A DNA stretch of 64,000 nucleotides, taken from positions 35,836,001 to 35,900,000 of the forward strand of contig OX597823.1 in the NCBI GenBank assembly GCA_951406725.2, in the 5' to 3' direction. The notes under the pieces were generated by a model. It made no database searches. It was given only the letters and a program-made list of their open reading frames with translations, and was not told where the DNA came from. Positions 28,976 to 42,950 of this stretch are shown one piece after another. Made by a program: the position numbers and the translations under genes. Position 1 is the stretch's first letter; each line of letters starts with the position of its first letter. The stretch is from Octopus vulgaris (Eukaryota).

Positions 28976-29543
28976 AATAGACAGACACAAGTACAATGTA
29001 AAGAAATTCAACCAAGCGCAGGTTAAGAATGGTATTAGTCCATCCAATCAGAGTGAACTAATTAGACTAAAACTTGGAACCGATAGTATTTATAATACTT
29101 TTCCATTTTTTATAGTCGTTAACTGTTGGGCTGCTGAGTAGAGTAGGGCCGGCCATTACATTTTCGGCAATAGAGCAGCCCCGGGCAACATCTTTGTACT
29201 GTTATCTGGAGAGTGTTTTATCAGTGACGCTCTCATGAGCCTGTTTGAATCGTCGACGAGTTGTGTGCTTCCGAAAGAACATGCTATACTATTGATCTGA
29301 GCAGCAAATATCAACAGTCTCCCTTGGTGGGTATCGTGTTTGACTCCAGTGCCTGGTAACATGGATGCCCTTTGCCTTAAGGCACAGGTGAAAGCACAGG
29401 TACTCGACACAACTACAAAAAGGTGCGCCTACTAATTGAGTGAGTTCAGGTAAATATGCGAAGCTGTTTTGTCTGACGATAGAACTATGTAAAAATAAGA
29501 AAAGGCAGCGAGATCACCAGGACTACAGATACGTGTGTATTCA

Positions 29544-29585
<42 letters not shown>

Positions 29586-32544
29586 CATATAGTAAAATGT
29601 TGCATGGAAACAGGAAAAAGCACTTAAAAGACGTGGACACGTTCTTTCCTGATTAGTTATCTGCCAAAAATCATCACAATTTTGACGCCTTGTTGATAAT
29701 ATTACCCAATTTGATGGTGTCAACAGCAAAACGCTACTGGGATTTAAATGAGCGAACAGGAAGGACAGAATGAGATAAAAACAAAAAGATGAAGTCTGAT
29801 GACCGAACGGTAGAAGTGACGAGTTGTGAGGACAAGAAAAGATATAGCACGAAAAAGCAAAGACAGTGACGAAATTATAAACAAATGCTAAACGACACAT
29901 GTAATTTTATACTTATACATAGATGGTCTTCCGGCTATACGACAGAATCAAGACAAGATATCTACCAACGTAATACTAATAGAAAATAAACATGGTCCTT
30001 AGAAACACATACGTAGAAAAATAAGGCAAACCAAGAGTTCCATACCTCCCATCTCTGGAGACCACTTGTGTTTGATAACCGTCCAGTTAACTAATATCTT
30101 GTGAAAAACCAATTGACAAGGTCTGCTGTAATGGATTTGTAATACGTGTATTTTGATTAATATAAATATATACATGCATACATAAATACATACAGACATA
30201 CACACATTTTTTGTTGTTGTTTTGTTTATTTAACATAGAAACACAAGAATCCAAATAATGTATGCTGATTTCTGTGAAAAAGTAAGTGTTCGAATTATGA
30301 CCATTTTGCTTTGATAAAGACAAGTGAAGTTGCTTAATTTATGGATATCTGAATTTGTCTAATTATTATCTAATCAACGTGGGACCATTTATCACATTGT
30401 TGTTTAAAGATTTCTTTCTTTTATAATGGATGTCAGACATCGGACGGAGTAAAAAAATCCCAACAAAAGACAAACTTATCTATACCTTAAACTTCATTAA
30501 TTTAATAACAGCCTAAATGAAAATAAAACTACGTGGTTGTATTCATGAGAAAGTAGTCATTTGTGTTTATATCTAGTAAAGTTGTGACGTAGAAAGGTGG
30601 GGGTATGTAGCAGAGGGGATTTGTGGAAAGCCAGGAACTGGAATGACTTGGAATGGCATAAAAATCTAAAATTAGTTTATTTGTTCTTATTCACATGCAA
30701 CGTTTGAATAATCCTATTCGATAAAAATACACGAATTAATGCTAAGTGGCGGAAAGAGGAATACCAACGTAGTTGAAAAAGAAAAGAGGAAAACAAAGAC
30801 ATAGAATGAAGGAATAAAATTTACGAAGATTTATAAAATAAGCAATGGACAGCGGTATCTGTAGATGAGAATTAGAGTCGGGTTGAAGTGTAGACAAATA
30901 ATGAATAGATTAGTGAGAGAAAGAAAACGATTGAAAGAGGGGTTATGATGAATGAAAGAAAATGAAGAAAAAATGAAAGATAAAGTTATAGAATTAGATC
31001 ATTAGATCGGTGTAAATAACACTGGAAATATCTCCTTTCTTTAGACAAATATCCCTAAACTTCGGTCTCACTGAAACCCCAATTATTGCATCATAATATT
31101 ATGCAACCCACACTCTATATTCCGAATTAGTTGTCGTTCAGCTCCAGACTAGCTTTGATCAAGCACAAATATAACCGAAAAACATTCTGCAATCGTCATT
31201 TTGTATATAATTTTTTCAAACATGGTGCATTTAGGATCTTACTATCTGAGGTGTTGTGGTGAGTGGATGTTCTTACGAAAAATCTACTCTACCAGCCAAC
31301 CTCTTCTCACAAATGCTTTTCAGAAACAAAATTTTTTTAATTGCTGCTTTAGAATCTTTCTTTCCACTCACCTTTAAATTCATAATCTACGCTCAATACC
31401 AATTTCTGAACTCCAACTACCACAAAGTCACCTCCCACACTGACACAAGTGACCGTGTTAAGGTCAAACAATTCATTATTTTGAACATTCTCTCAAATTA
31501 TCACCTCACATATCCAACCATTTAGCCAGTCATCAATAATGTCTCTGCTTCCATCATCTAATTACTACCTAACGAAGATCTCATATTTTCCTAATGCACA
31601 ACTTAATTTTCTTCTTCCAAACTTTCCTTGGTTTTCTACAGCCCCACCAGTTTTCTACAGCCTACCACTTTCAACAAATAGGTTTCATCCTCGATCCATG
31701 ACATAAAGTTCCACTTCAACAAAGCAAAAATATTTCTTGCATTAGTATCTGAACAAGTTGCTATTTTGTGTGTATGTGTGTGCGTGTGTGTGTGTGTGCG
31801 TGTTTGCGTACATATATGTATTATAAATGGTACAAACAATAAGACAAAATACAACACAGGACAGACAACTTCTAACAAATACTGTATTAGGTCAACGCTT
31901 GAAAGAAAGGAAGAGTCTTAACATTCCGGATATTAGTTCTTCATTGGAAGGCAAAGAAAAGCTTAGGAAGCATAGGAGGAGTGAGAAAGGGGATATATAT
32001 ATAAATTAAGAAATGGAGTCAAATCATTTCGACATATGTTTCGAAAAAAGCATTGATATTATTCCAGAGGGAATTAAAATGATGTAAAACAATGCAATCA
32101 TCTCGTCAGGGAAAAAAAGAGAAAGAAAATACATCAATAAGCCATTTTAACCGAATGTGATTACTGTGTATATGATGAAAAAATATGTTAATAGATTTAA
32201 CGTAAAAGGTAATTTAGAGGAGGAGGAGGAGAAAGAAAGAAATTAACAGAAAATTAAGAGTGGAGAAATATAGTGTGATAGATGAATGGGAATAAAGCTT
32301 AAAAACGTGTAAATATATATATGTATTGGAAATGAAATGTAAGAAGACAGCTAAAGGTCGAATTTTACAGATTGGTAGAAATTACTTATAGGAAGTAAAG
32401 GTATGTTTTTGCCAATGTTTACAACAATAAACCTGTTCTTTAAACTTGTTTACAAGAATATTCTCCGAGAAAAGGATGAGAAATTGTTCTTCGTTACGGA
32501 GTGGACAAAAAGATTTACTTTGTCATGTGGCAAGGATCTAGATA

Positions 32545-33195
32545 GAGTCTGATACACGATATCTTTTACATAACCCCATAAAAAGAAGTCCAAGGGAGTG
32601 ACATCTGGCGAACGCAGTTGCCATGGAATTGGCCCATCCCTCCCAATCCATCGGTCTGGAAATGTTTGATTGAGGAACTGACGAACATGCCGTCCTCAAT
32701 ATCGTGGTGCACCATCTTGCTGGAAAATGATGGCTGGTTGTAAATCAATCAGTTGTGGTGCCACATATTCGGTCAGAAGGTTGAAGTAAACATCTGCAGT
32801 AATTGTTGCCTCGTTGAGGAAAAATGGACCAATTATTCGATTGCACATGATTCCACACCACACATTCACTTTTGGACTATCTCGTTGAAGCTCCCTAGTC
32901 ATATGGGGGTGTTCTGATCCCCGGATTCTCACATTGTTTCTGTTTAATTTCCCTGAAACATGAAAGTCGCCACGTCACTAAAACAAACTCACTTGAGGAA
33001 TGCTTCATCTTCATTTTATAGGGGTTCAGTGAATCAGTTCCCTTCCATCAACAGAGTATCTGAAAAACAAAACTTTAATATCAATAAAAACTTTAATAAA
33101 CAATTATTTAAATAAAATAAATCTGGTTAAAATATCTCATCAACTGCCTTTGTAATAATTTCTTTAAATTGTAAAGAGACTTTATGGATACCCTG
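32545..33195 (-). mobile_element. Tc1/mariner-superfamily transposon, internally deleted
   Basis: SPKVNVWCGI...IIGPFF...FQQDGAP, WIGRDGPIPWQLRSPDVTPLDFFLWGYVKD; TA-CAGGGTATCCATAAAGTC terminus at 33195. Confidence 0.88.
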
Positions 33196-33211
33196 TATAT
33201 TCGTTATACAA

Positions 33212-33295
<84 letters not shown>

Positions 33296-33299
<4 letters not shown>

Positions 33300-33567
33300 A
33301 GGGTTATAATAATCCATGGAAGGAATTTATAAATGTTTTAATCTATCGCTACTCGCGTTTCTGCAAACCACATGTATTTTGTGACCATAGTACGATTTCC
33401 TGAGATGATTACAGGCCAATCTGTAATATCAATGGACATAGGGTGGGTCTTTGTGCATGCGTTCATTTCTTCATGTAATATAACTGAAAGATGTGTATCA
33501 ATATTCGCCAATCAAAAGGTCCATTGGGGTATGTGGGCGGTCCAGTGTGTATTTGGATTAACAGAGA

Positions 33568-33570
<3 letters not shown>
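33296..33570 (-). mobile_element. Probable solo Penelope-type terminal fragment in (TA)n
   Basis: Unique ~275 bp between two long (TA)n tracts; minus strand has GAAAC-gcga-GTA and a degenerate c(a)tgaaga core. Confidence 0.4.
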
Positions 33571-33637
<67 letters not shown>

Positions 33638-35097
33638 AAATACATAACCGTAAGAGCTACTAATAGTTTCATGCTGTTATGATACTTGAACAGGAATATT
33701 TATAAAATATGCCATGTACCTTAAAGCAACACTTCAGGCTCCGTTTATGCGTTATATATATTTTAAAAACAAACACGCTGGACGAAATAAGATATAACGT
33801 AGTAAAAAATGTGAAGTTTGGTGCAAAAATTGGAACGAGAAAAAGGAAACAGAATCAAGAAAACAAACATTCTCGTCTCCCCTGGTTGCGGAAAGTTCGT
33901 TAAATACAACTGATTCAGAACAAAATAACAGAAAATATGTCAAAGTCTGCGGCGTCATCGGTCGCGGTGGCACCAGTCGCGGTGGTGCCGGTCGCGACGG
34001 CACCGGCGGCGATGGCATCGGTGGGTTTTGATTGTAGTCGTTGTGAGGGTCAAGAGTGAAATGATCTTTAAGGTTGTTATAATGAGGAAAATGTTAGTGC
34101 TAACGATGACAACAATGGTGAGGAGGATGGGATGAGGAGGATGAGGAAGAGGATGGGTGGATGAGGATGGGGTGAATATGGGGGTGATATTATATTGATA
34201 GCACTGTTGAAATTATTAATACTGATGTGATCAAGGGAAAGGAGGAAGAAGCAAGGAAAGGAAGAATAAGAAGAAATAGAATTGTATGAAGAATGATGGT
34301 TCCTTCTGCAATTTGAATTGTGGTGGTGGTAATGAAGAGGAGGGGAGAGAGGAGTCGGTGGTGATGCTCATATGTAGTAGTAGTGATAGGGAGAGGAGGA
34401 GGACGACGACGATGACGAGGAGGAGGAGGAATTGTCAGTGTTATCTCGCCCTCCTTGATACAACCCCTACAATCTTGTCTCGGGGAAGGTCATAATTAGA
34501 CCATACGTAACTAGATTATGTTAATCTGAGATTAACTATTTCAGCCTACCTTATCTAATATGTTCCTCCATTTTGAAGATGGTAGAATGTAGCTTGAGGG
34601 AGATTTGGCTACTATTTCTAGCAAGCCAAGCAACCACATAAAGAACCCTTCATTGGTTTGCTGGTGATTTTGTGGCTATGGCCGAAGAGTGATAGGTATA
34701 ATGACTATGATGATAATTTTGTTTGTGTAAGACAGAAAACAGTTTGTCTATGAATAAGACTATAAAAGTGGTCGACTGACTCGATGCTAATATATTATTA
34801 GCGCAACTTATTTTGTCAAAGTCTCACTTTCATAGTAACAGACCTCTTTCTGATTTCAAGCCCGTATCACATCCTCATCTCTTCCCTTCCTCAACTTCTT
34901 TTTATGACTTGGAAGTAAATGTTTCTTTCTTCATAGTTTTGTCCGCTGTCCAGAGTCATTCTTTCTTCTCATCTGTTTATCTATTTCTCTATCCTCTTCT
35001 TTATCTCTCTCTCTCTCTCTCTCTTTTTCTCTCAGTATATAAATATATATGTGTGTGTGTGTATGTATATTTATGTGTGTATGTATGTGTATATGGG

Positions 35098-35212
<115 letters not shown>

Positions 35213-35299
35213 TGTATGTGTGTGTGTGTGTGTATGTGTGTGTGTATGTGTACAGACAAACTATATGTGTATGTGTATATATATATATTCATTCATTTT

Positions 35300-35525
35300 T
35301 TTTCAGTCATTAGGCTGCTGCCATTCTGCAGCACCGCCTTTAGTCGAACAAGTCGACCCCAGGATTTATTCTTTGTAAGCCTAGTACTTATTCTATCGGT
35401 CTCTTTTGCCGAACCACTAAGTTACAGGAACGTAAACACACCAACATCGGTTGACAAGTGATGGTAGGGGGACAAACATAAACACACAAATATACACAAA
35501 CACACACGCATATATATATATAGAG

Positions 35526-35594
<69 letters not shown>

Positions 35595-35740
35595 CGACAG
35601 GCTTCTTTCAGTTTCCGTCTACCAAGGCTTTGGTCGGCCCGAGGCTATTGTAGAAGACATTCGCCCAAGGTGCCACGCAGTGGGACTGAACCCAGAGCCA
35701 TGTGGTTGGTAAGCGAGCTACCTACCAGACAGCCACCCCT
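35300..35740 (-). mobile_element. SINE family B with internal (GATA)n
   Basis: Same head and tail as 6870-7275. Confidence 0.9.
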
Positions 35741-36619
35741 GTGCCTGTATATACATAATACATACATACAGACAGACATATGTGTATGTGTGTGTGTTTG
35801 TGCGTGTTTGTGTGAGTGTGTGTGCGCGCGCGCACGCGCGTTTGTGTGTGCGTAGCTATCTCTGTTTATTTTGATTGCAGGTATTTCCTGAGTATACGCC
35901 CAGCTGCCAAAAGCTGGATATTTTATTGTCATCAAGAAGTATATTAAATTTCCTTTGACTTTCTTTAATGGCCTTTATAGTATGTGACCTCTCTTAATGA
36001 GATCAATATTACGTGGCATTGCTCAGAAGAAGTGATACATGTTATTAATGTGACAATTCCTTGAGACATTAAACGTTTCGTGGTTCTAAATAAACTTTCG
36101 TCTCAACTTATTTTTGATTTCTTCTTTCAATTTGTTCTTCCAATAATAAACTCCATCTGTAAGTCTAACATACTGAAATCACTAACAGCTATGTTTATAC
36201 CATCATGTTTGTACCACCATGGTTGTACTGCTATGTTTAGTTCAGTTTAATAACGTATTTTTATTTTGTTTTGTTTTTTGTCTGGTTTCAGTCCTTTCAA
36301 GTTGGTTTTTCTGGTTATATGTCTACTAAAGTACGTCGCCCTCTCTGTGCACCACTGTATCGTAATATTTCGTTCCTTCATTATTATTGCTATTATTACA
36401 TTATTTTCTTCCGACTATATCCTCGTTCAAAATTTTATGTCTGCCTTACAAGCTGCGAGAATCTGTTGAGCGTAGGACAAAATACTTTGTAGCGGACACT
36501 CCAAATCTCGTCAGCTTTGCCTTTCACCTTTTCAAGGTTAATAAAATAAAGTACTAGTCACTTACTTGTATCTTACGCCTAAATCAGAAACCTTTATTAT
36601 TTTCATTATGGTTGTGGTT

Positions 36620-36668
<49 letters not shown>

Positions 36669-36689
36669 CTGCTGCTGTTGTTTTCATGT

Positions 36690-38690
36690 ACACTTAACGG
36701 ATTAGACTGTTGGAAAAGTAAAGGAAAAAATGGCGGTGAGCTGGCAGAATCGTTAGCAGGCTGACCGAAATGCTTACCGGTATTCGCATGTCACTACGTT
36801 CTGATTTCTAATTCCACCGAGGTCGACTTTACCTTTCGTCCTTTCGGGGTCGATAAATTAAGTACCAATTGCGTACTGGAGTCGATCTAATCGACTGGCA
36901 CCCTCCACTCAAAATTTAAGGCCTTGTGCCTATAGTAGAAAGGAAAAGAAAAGAATCTTAGCATCCAAGAATCCGCCTATTAGGTTACAGCAAATAACCT
37001 TAGATGCCAAGAACCCTCCTAAGTATCCTAGCTGTCATTAATAACACTGGTTCCTGGAGCTGCACTAAACTGGTTTTTATGCCTGTTTCCTCTATCCATC
37101 TGATCGGATCTTTACGGATAGTTCCTAATGCACCTATAACTACTGGGATACATTTTACCCGCACTTTCCATAGTCTCTGTAATTCACTTGCTAGGTTCTA
37201 GCTAGGTCCTGGTACTTAACTATTTTTTCTATGACTCTCATATTAATTTTTTCATCATTTGGGACTGTAGAGTCAATTATCTGGCACTTTCTATTCTCTT
37301 TACTACTACCAAATCAGGCTTTCTAGCTTCTCTGTCAGTCTGAATTTGAAAGTACCACAACATCTTACTTTCTCCTACTGTACTAGGTTCGTGTTCATAC
37401 TATTTATCAGTATGTTCAAGTCCTAGCTTTCTATATAGCTTCAAGTGGAACTCGCGCCCTAGAGTGTCATGTCTTTTCTTGTATTCTTTGTAAGGCACTC
37501 ATATAGTAAGATTCTCTTACTATATGAGTAACGCTTTCCTCTTTTGATTTGCATAATATTCATTTTAAGAGTCTACTTGGTTTTTGTCTATCTTGGCTTT
37601 TATATATTTAGTCCTTAATGTTTGATCCTGTGCTGCTACTGACAAACTTTCTGTCTCCCTCTTCAACTTTCCTTTCTGTAACAATAACTATATCTCACTA
37701 TTACTACTTGCTGCAACTATCTTTGAGAATCTACCATACAGCGCGTTGTCCAGCAAGACAGATCATTTTTGTTCTTTTTTAACTTCGTTGGGGTTTTTGG
37801 TTTCTCTATATCTTACTGTGACTCGAGCAGTTTTTAATAAATCTTTCTTCACTATTATCCACATAGGAGTCTATATCTACTTTACCTAACTCCACGCAAT
37901 CTTCCACTGATATTAGCCCTCTTCCGCCTTCCTTTCTAGGTAGGTATAATACTGCTACTCCTGCACTTGGGTGGAGTCCTCCATTCATATTGACTTCCTT
38001 TCTAGTTCGTCTGTCTAGCTTTGCTAATTCAGTTTTCGTCCAATCTACAAAAGCTGCTAAGTTTCTAAGTAATAATAGTGCCCAAGTATTTACAATCTGC
38101 ACTAGATTCGGACTATTTAGCTTAGACTACATTAGCTTCGATGTACTCCTCAATTTTCGTGTTCGTTTCTGTAGTTAGTACTCTGTCAGATTCTAATACC
38201 CCTCGATACTTATAACTTTCTCCTCCTTTCAATGATTTTAATGTCTGGCCATCTAGTAATAGATGCCTTCGTTGTTGACTACCTTGCCCTTTTTCATGAC
38301 TAATATTGCACAATTATCTATGCAAAATTCTATGCCTGTATCTTTTCTGACGAGTCTTACAGTCTGTATTCATGAATCTATCTCTTTTTCATTCTTACTA
38401 AAAACTTCAGATCATCCATGTAGAGCAAATGGTTAATTTTTCCATTACTATTTTTGAACTGATACCCTGCCTTTGCCTTCCTTAATACGAAACTGGGGAG
38501 AATTAAATATAAGAAAAATATTAAAGGGGACATCGAGTCCCCCTGGAAAATTCCTCTTTTGATATTAACTTTCCCTAAGAGTGTGTCACCCGAGTAGAGG
38601 TCTACTTTCCATTTCTTCATGCTAAAGTTAATCAATTCTTGAATTTTTAATGTTCTAAAGTATTCCAGGGAAAATTCCTTCCCCATAATT
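36690..38690 (-). mobile_element. R4/Dong-like LINE, same family as 21360-23995
   Basis: RGIFQGDSMSPLIF, INHLLYMDDLK, LYLPRKEGGRGL; shared 3' end gattagactgtt. Confidence 0.9.
36731..36945 (+). mobile_element. SINE family C inserted in the R4 3' UTR
   Basis: ggcggtgagctggcagaatcgttagc head and gaggtcgactttacctttcgtcctttcggggtcgataaa body. Confidence 0.88.
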
Positions 38691-39749
38691 CTTTTGAACG
38701 TAGAGTTAATATTTTAGTAAAGTTGCTAGCGAAGTGGTTGGCTCTTGTCTTCGCCAGTGTTGTAGAAACTGCGAAGACACAGGTATATCCACCTCACGAG
38801 AAACATCTATGACTGTAGATAATATACTTGGCTCTGGTCGGATTCTGATCCACTTGAATAAAACCAAAGAATTTAATAGGATCGTCCCTAGTACTTCATG
38901 GTGTTCTTCGGTGTAACCGTTTCTACGCCGGCTTCAAAGATTGGATTGCCTTATTATAAAGCGGTGAACTGGCTAAACAGTTACATATCAAGATCGATTT
39001 AATCGATCTTACCCTTCCAGCTTTGTGCCAATATTAGAAAGCAATATAAAACTTATTGGATAATACAGTTTTAGTGCAGCAATATTTAAAGTCCTTTTAT
39101 ATCTTGAAACTCAAATCCTGGCGGAATTAATTTACCTTTTTAAGCTTGTGTACTCGATAAGCTTATTGACAGTATTATACAAGAATTGTTTCAATCGACA
39201 AATATTCCATCTTCTCTAAAATAAATAATGGCCATATCCCGATGTCAGCAAACATTGTCTGGCGATGTTCATTACATTTCAAATAACTAATGGCCTATCA
39301 GATCTTAAATCAGCTTTTCATGCAGGATTTAATGAAAATTCGATTTTGCTATATTGATTTCCATTAGGTGGGGATATCTGATGTTCCAACCTTTCAAATG
39401 ACTACATTTTATTTTAACAGAGGTTACGTGTAGCATAACAATCCATATGATCTTTGAGGATGTTTAAATCATGTATGTTGTTCTGCTTTTCACCTATAAT
39501 CAAAATTTAGAAAATTTAGTTTTAATGCCATTCCAGAAAAAGATAGAGGAAGATATTTTAAAACTCATTGCAGTTCACAGTTGACCTCCTCGGAAAGCCA
39601 AAAATCGGGAGGGTGGTCTATTCCAGGGAAGGGACGGAGAGTACAGTAGCAACAATACACGGTAACCTCGGAAGAGATATTCCCCTGGAAGTTTTTCATT
39701 TCTCACTGCAAACGCTCAAGCCTTCACATTCATTTCAAAATTGCAAACT

Positions 39750-40320
39750 TCACTCTCAACGAAGTGAGTACAGTGGTGGCAAAACAGGATCTGTTGCAGA
39801 ACCATCCGACATCACTTACAAGATTTACAAAAACTGCTTTTACGAACTTAAGACTTTTACGAACGACCTGGAAGAAGAAAAAAATCTTGGCTCTAAAAAC
39901 TTACCTAGTTCTATTTTGTCTCAAAAGAAGAAAATTCAGTAGGACTTGATCAGTCTCGAGAGATTTTCTGGTCAATCAGTGACAAAATATTAACAACAGA
40001 TCTACTCGCCGCCAAGAGCATTGATATGAGTATCCAAAAAGGATATGCACATCACTAAGGAGGCAAAGAGGAATAACAACTCACTTTCTCTGTTCTAGTT
40101 AGATATCACCAAATCACTAAATGTGCTTCACCAGCTAATCCAATTTACGTTAGAGTAGGATCAAATACTAGAATCAGCAGTCAAGCTCACAATGTTGCAC
40201 ATGGATTTGCTGAAGATGAGACTCGCCGTGGGAAATTTCATCACTAAATGACAGAGGCTTGAAAAGGGCATTATGGCAGGTTGTACAATATCCGTAGTCC
40301 TGCTATAGATGGGAGGAAAA
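39750..40320 (+). mobile_element. Second old HERO-clade RT remnant
   Basis: PSDITYKIYKNC, IDMSIQKG, KEAKRN, K*QRLEKGIMAGCTISVVLL. Confidence 0.72.
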
Positions 40321-40389
40321 CATGCTAGAGGTTCAGGAACTGATCATGATACAGGGTATCCATCCTGCAGAAAGTGCAATGATCTCCAA

Positions 40390-40700
40390 GACCGCCTACG
40401 GTAAGTTGAAATGTGGAAGTTGTGGAAGAGGATACCCGAAACTTTATTTTAAGGATATCGTCAACGAAATCCCAGTGAAACGGTTGGCTCGGTTGCGACC
40501 GCATGAGAGAAGACAGGGACTGGCCGTAATAAAGGAAAGTGTAAATCTTGGAGAATCGAATTACGCAAGACAACAAAAACAAAAGAGAAAGAAACCTAAA
40601 ACAAGATGAACAACACCGAGTCCTTCGAGAATATTCCACAATATCTACTGTCATGGTGGTACTTCCACATTTGGCCTAAAGTGCCAAAAGAGAAAACAAA
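40390..40700 (+). mobile_element. RTE-like LINE C-terminal remnant
   Basis: YGKLKCGSCGRGYPKLYFKD resembles the YGEL..G.R..GRPKLR.KD motif. Confidence 0.5.
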
Positions 40701-41814
40701 AATTTGTGAATAAGATTTCTTGTTTATATTTGAAAAGAAAATCATTCTTTTCTGCTATCAGTTCGTTCTCGACTACAAGAAAGAGGTGGGAGAATGCAGT
40801 CTATAATGGTAGTTAATTAATATTAATTCAAAGCATATCAGACATTGTCTGTGTGATTAGTGCACGTATGACGCATCATACTTTATTTAAAATGGACAGA
40901 AGATAATGGTGTAATATGCAAATAGCGCCATTTGCAAACAACCATAGCAACACACATCCTAAAATAGATTTAGACCAATTAGGAGAGATTACATTGAAAT
41001 CTCTGAATAAATTGCAATTTGTCAAAGAGATTTATTTAAAGATTATCATCATCGTCATTATTATTATTTCGTATATGGGTTTAGGGACAGGAATACGGAT
41101 TTCATAAACTGTATTGATGACAAGGAAAAAATCGAGATTGGATTCATGATCGGCTGATTTCAATTAATAAGTTATTCAATAACTAACTTTTGAATCGTTT
41201 TCTTTGTTGAAGAAGGTAATCAGTCACTAGAGCAATGATAGCCGAGTTGATAGGTTTACAGACAATCAACCAAGGGATCACAGATTAATGTTTTTCCCAC
41301 ATTTATTGTTCAGATCTTTGGTTCTGGTTGTGTCGAAGAATTGGTTCCATCTTCACTTGTGTTGGTTATTGCCTAAAGATTCACGTTTCTACATATTGGT
41401 TGCCAACTTTGCAAATTTTCATTAAGTATGGCTAGTCCACCGAGGTTGATACTGCTAAATCATAGTTTCAATACAGAATTTATTGGCTTCCGTAGAGGTA
41501 TTGACATTTCTCCGTCTGTTCTGCCACTGTATATTCATAACTTTCAAATACAGATGAGACTAAAATAAAGAGCAGAAAACCAGTTACACCTCCCTGCTAA
41601 ACTTCACTTCTTGCAGTAAATTGTTGTGGAAGTCTGGCTTCTCACTTCGGCTTTCATATTACGCGGGAGCAGAAGCTGTGTAATTTCGATGAATATCAGT
41701 AAGTAGTGCTTCAATATTTAAGAATCGACTGCTCTAACAGGATCATAGAAAACCATGTACAACATTAACTTTTCTTGTAGCTGGCGAGAGAGGGTCATAT
41801 TAGTTGCATCTATG

Positions 41815-42107
41815 TTGTTGTTTGTTGTTTGTTCCTTCTCGAACCATGCCTGGCTCATAAGAGCCTGTTTCCCAGTTACATTGGCGCATAGGTTCCCCAC
41901 CTGGAGGGGACAGTGGTCCGTTGCAGGTGAGCTGCTAGATGCAGGAGGAAAGAGTGAGAGAAAGTTGTGGCGAAAGAGTTAGCAAAAGTTCGCCATTACC
42001 TTCTGCCGGAGCCGCGTGGAGTTTAGATGTTTCGCCCAGTTTGAGATTCGAACCCTCGATCACTCGACTGCGAGTCTACTGCTCTAACCACTAGGTCATG
42101 TGCCTCT
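41815..42107 (-). mobile_element. tRNA-derived SINE (family D)
   Basis: Minus strand gaggcacatgacctagtggttagagcag...gggttcgaatctc (A and B boxes); (AAC)n-type tail. Confidence 0.8.
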
Positions 42108-42817
42108 ACAATTGTATCTATAAGAGGTTGAAAACCAGATTGAGATGGGTCAATGTGTCACCCATAGGGAGATGAGTAAGGTGAGTAGAATTCGAAACAG
42201 AATTTTTACCAGCAGCTGGTAAAAGCAAGATTCCTCTGTGGCTGCCATAATATGATTTGTTTCTCTAGGAGATAGCAATAATGGTTGCTCCTCTGATACC
42301 TGCTAGTATCTCTTCTCGCGTCTAGATTAGCATTAACAGTGTTGGGAGCTTTGTTATAAGTACTTCAGTCTCAGGTTAATATATCTCAACCAAAATATGA
42401 TAGGACCGAGTGCTTTTTTTTAGAGAATTGATTGTTTTTTCGTTTTTGATTTTTATATTTTTTAAATGTTGGACCTATCCAGAGATCGTTGACTTGTAGA
42501 GGCACAATTCAGCAACTGTTCGAGTGACGGCTGCTGGTTTCTTTACGTTATGACGAGAATCGTGACAACCTCTGTGAGAATGGACTAGCCGAACTCGTAT
42601 AAGCAGTTGCGTGTTTGACAGAGCGAGAGATGAGAAACAGCAGGAAGTCGAAAGATGTCGTTCGTGAGTTCGAAGAATAGCAGGAAATTGTTGAGAAGTT
42701 GTTATAGTTCGTTGAGAGTTGTTTTAGATTGGTTACAGTTGTTGGCAGAGTATTTGGGAATACATCAAGTGGAGACAGCTGGTGTCTATCCCGTTCTGTG
42801 GTACTATATATCACACT

Positions 42818-42950
42818 ATTCCGCCGAGGTCGACTTTGCCTTTCATCCTTTCGGGGTCGATAAATTAAGCACTAGTTGCGTACTGGGGTTGATCTAATCG
42901 ACTGGCCCCCTCCCCAAAACTTTCGAGCCTTGTGCCAAGAGTAGAAAAGA
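42818..42950 (+). mobile_element. 5'-truncated SINE family C with a perfect 15-bp TSD
   Basis: actatatatcacact at 42803-42817 and 42951-42965. Confidence 0.93.

Noticed and set aside
29795-29820. CTGATGA-ccgaacgg hairpin as a hammerhead
   Set aside because: No GAAA/NUH strand or stem I.
38722-38790. Cys-rich or signal-peptide-like micro-exon overlapping a tgtcttcgc/gcgaagaca hairpin
   Set aside because: Weak acceptor, too short, no partner exon; compatible with chance.
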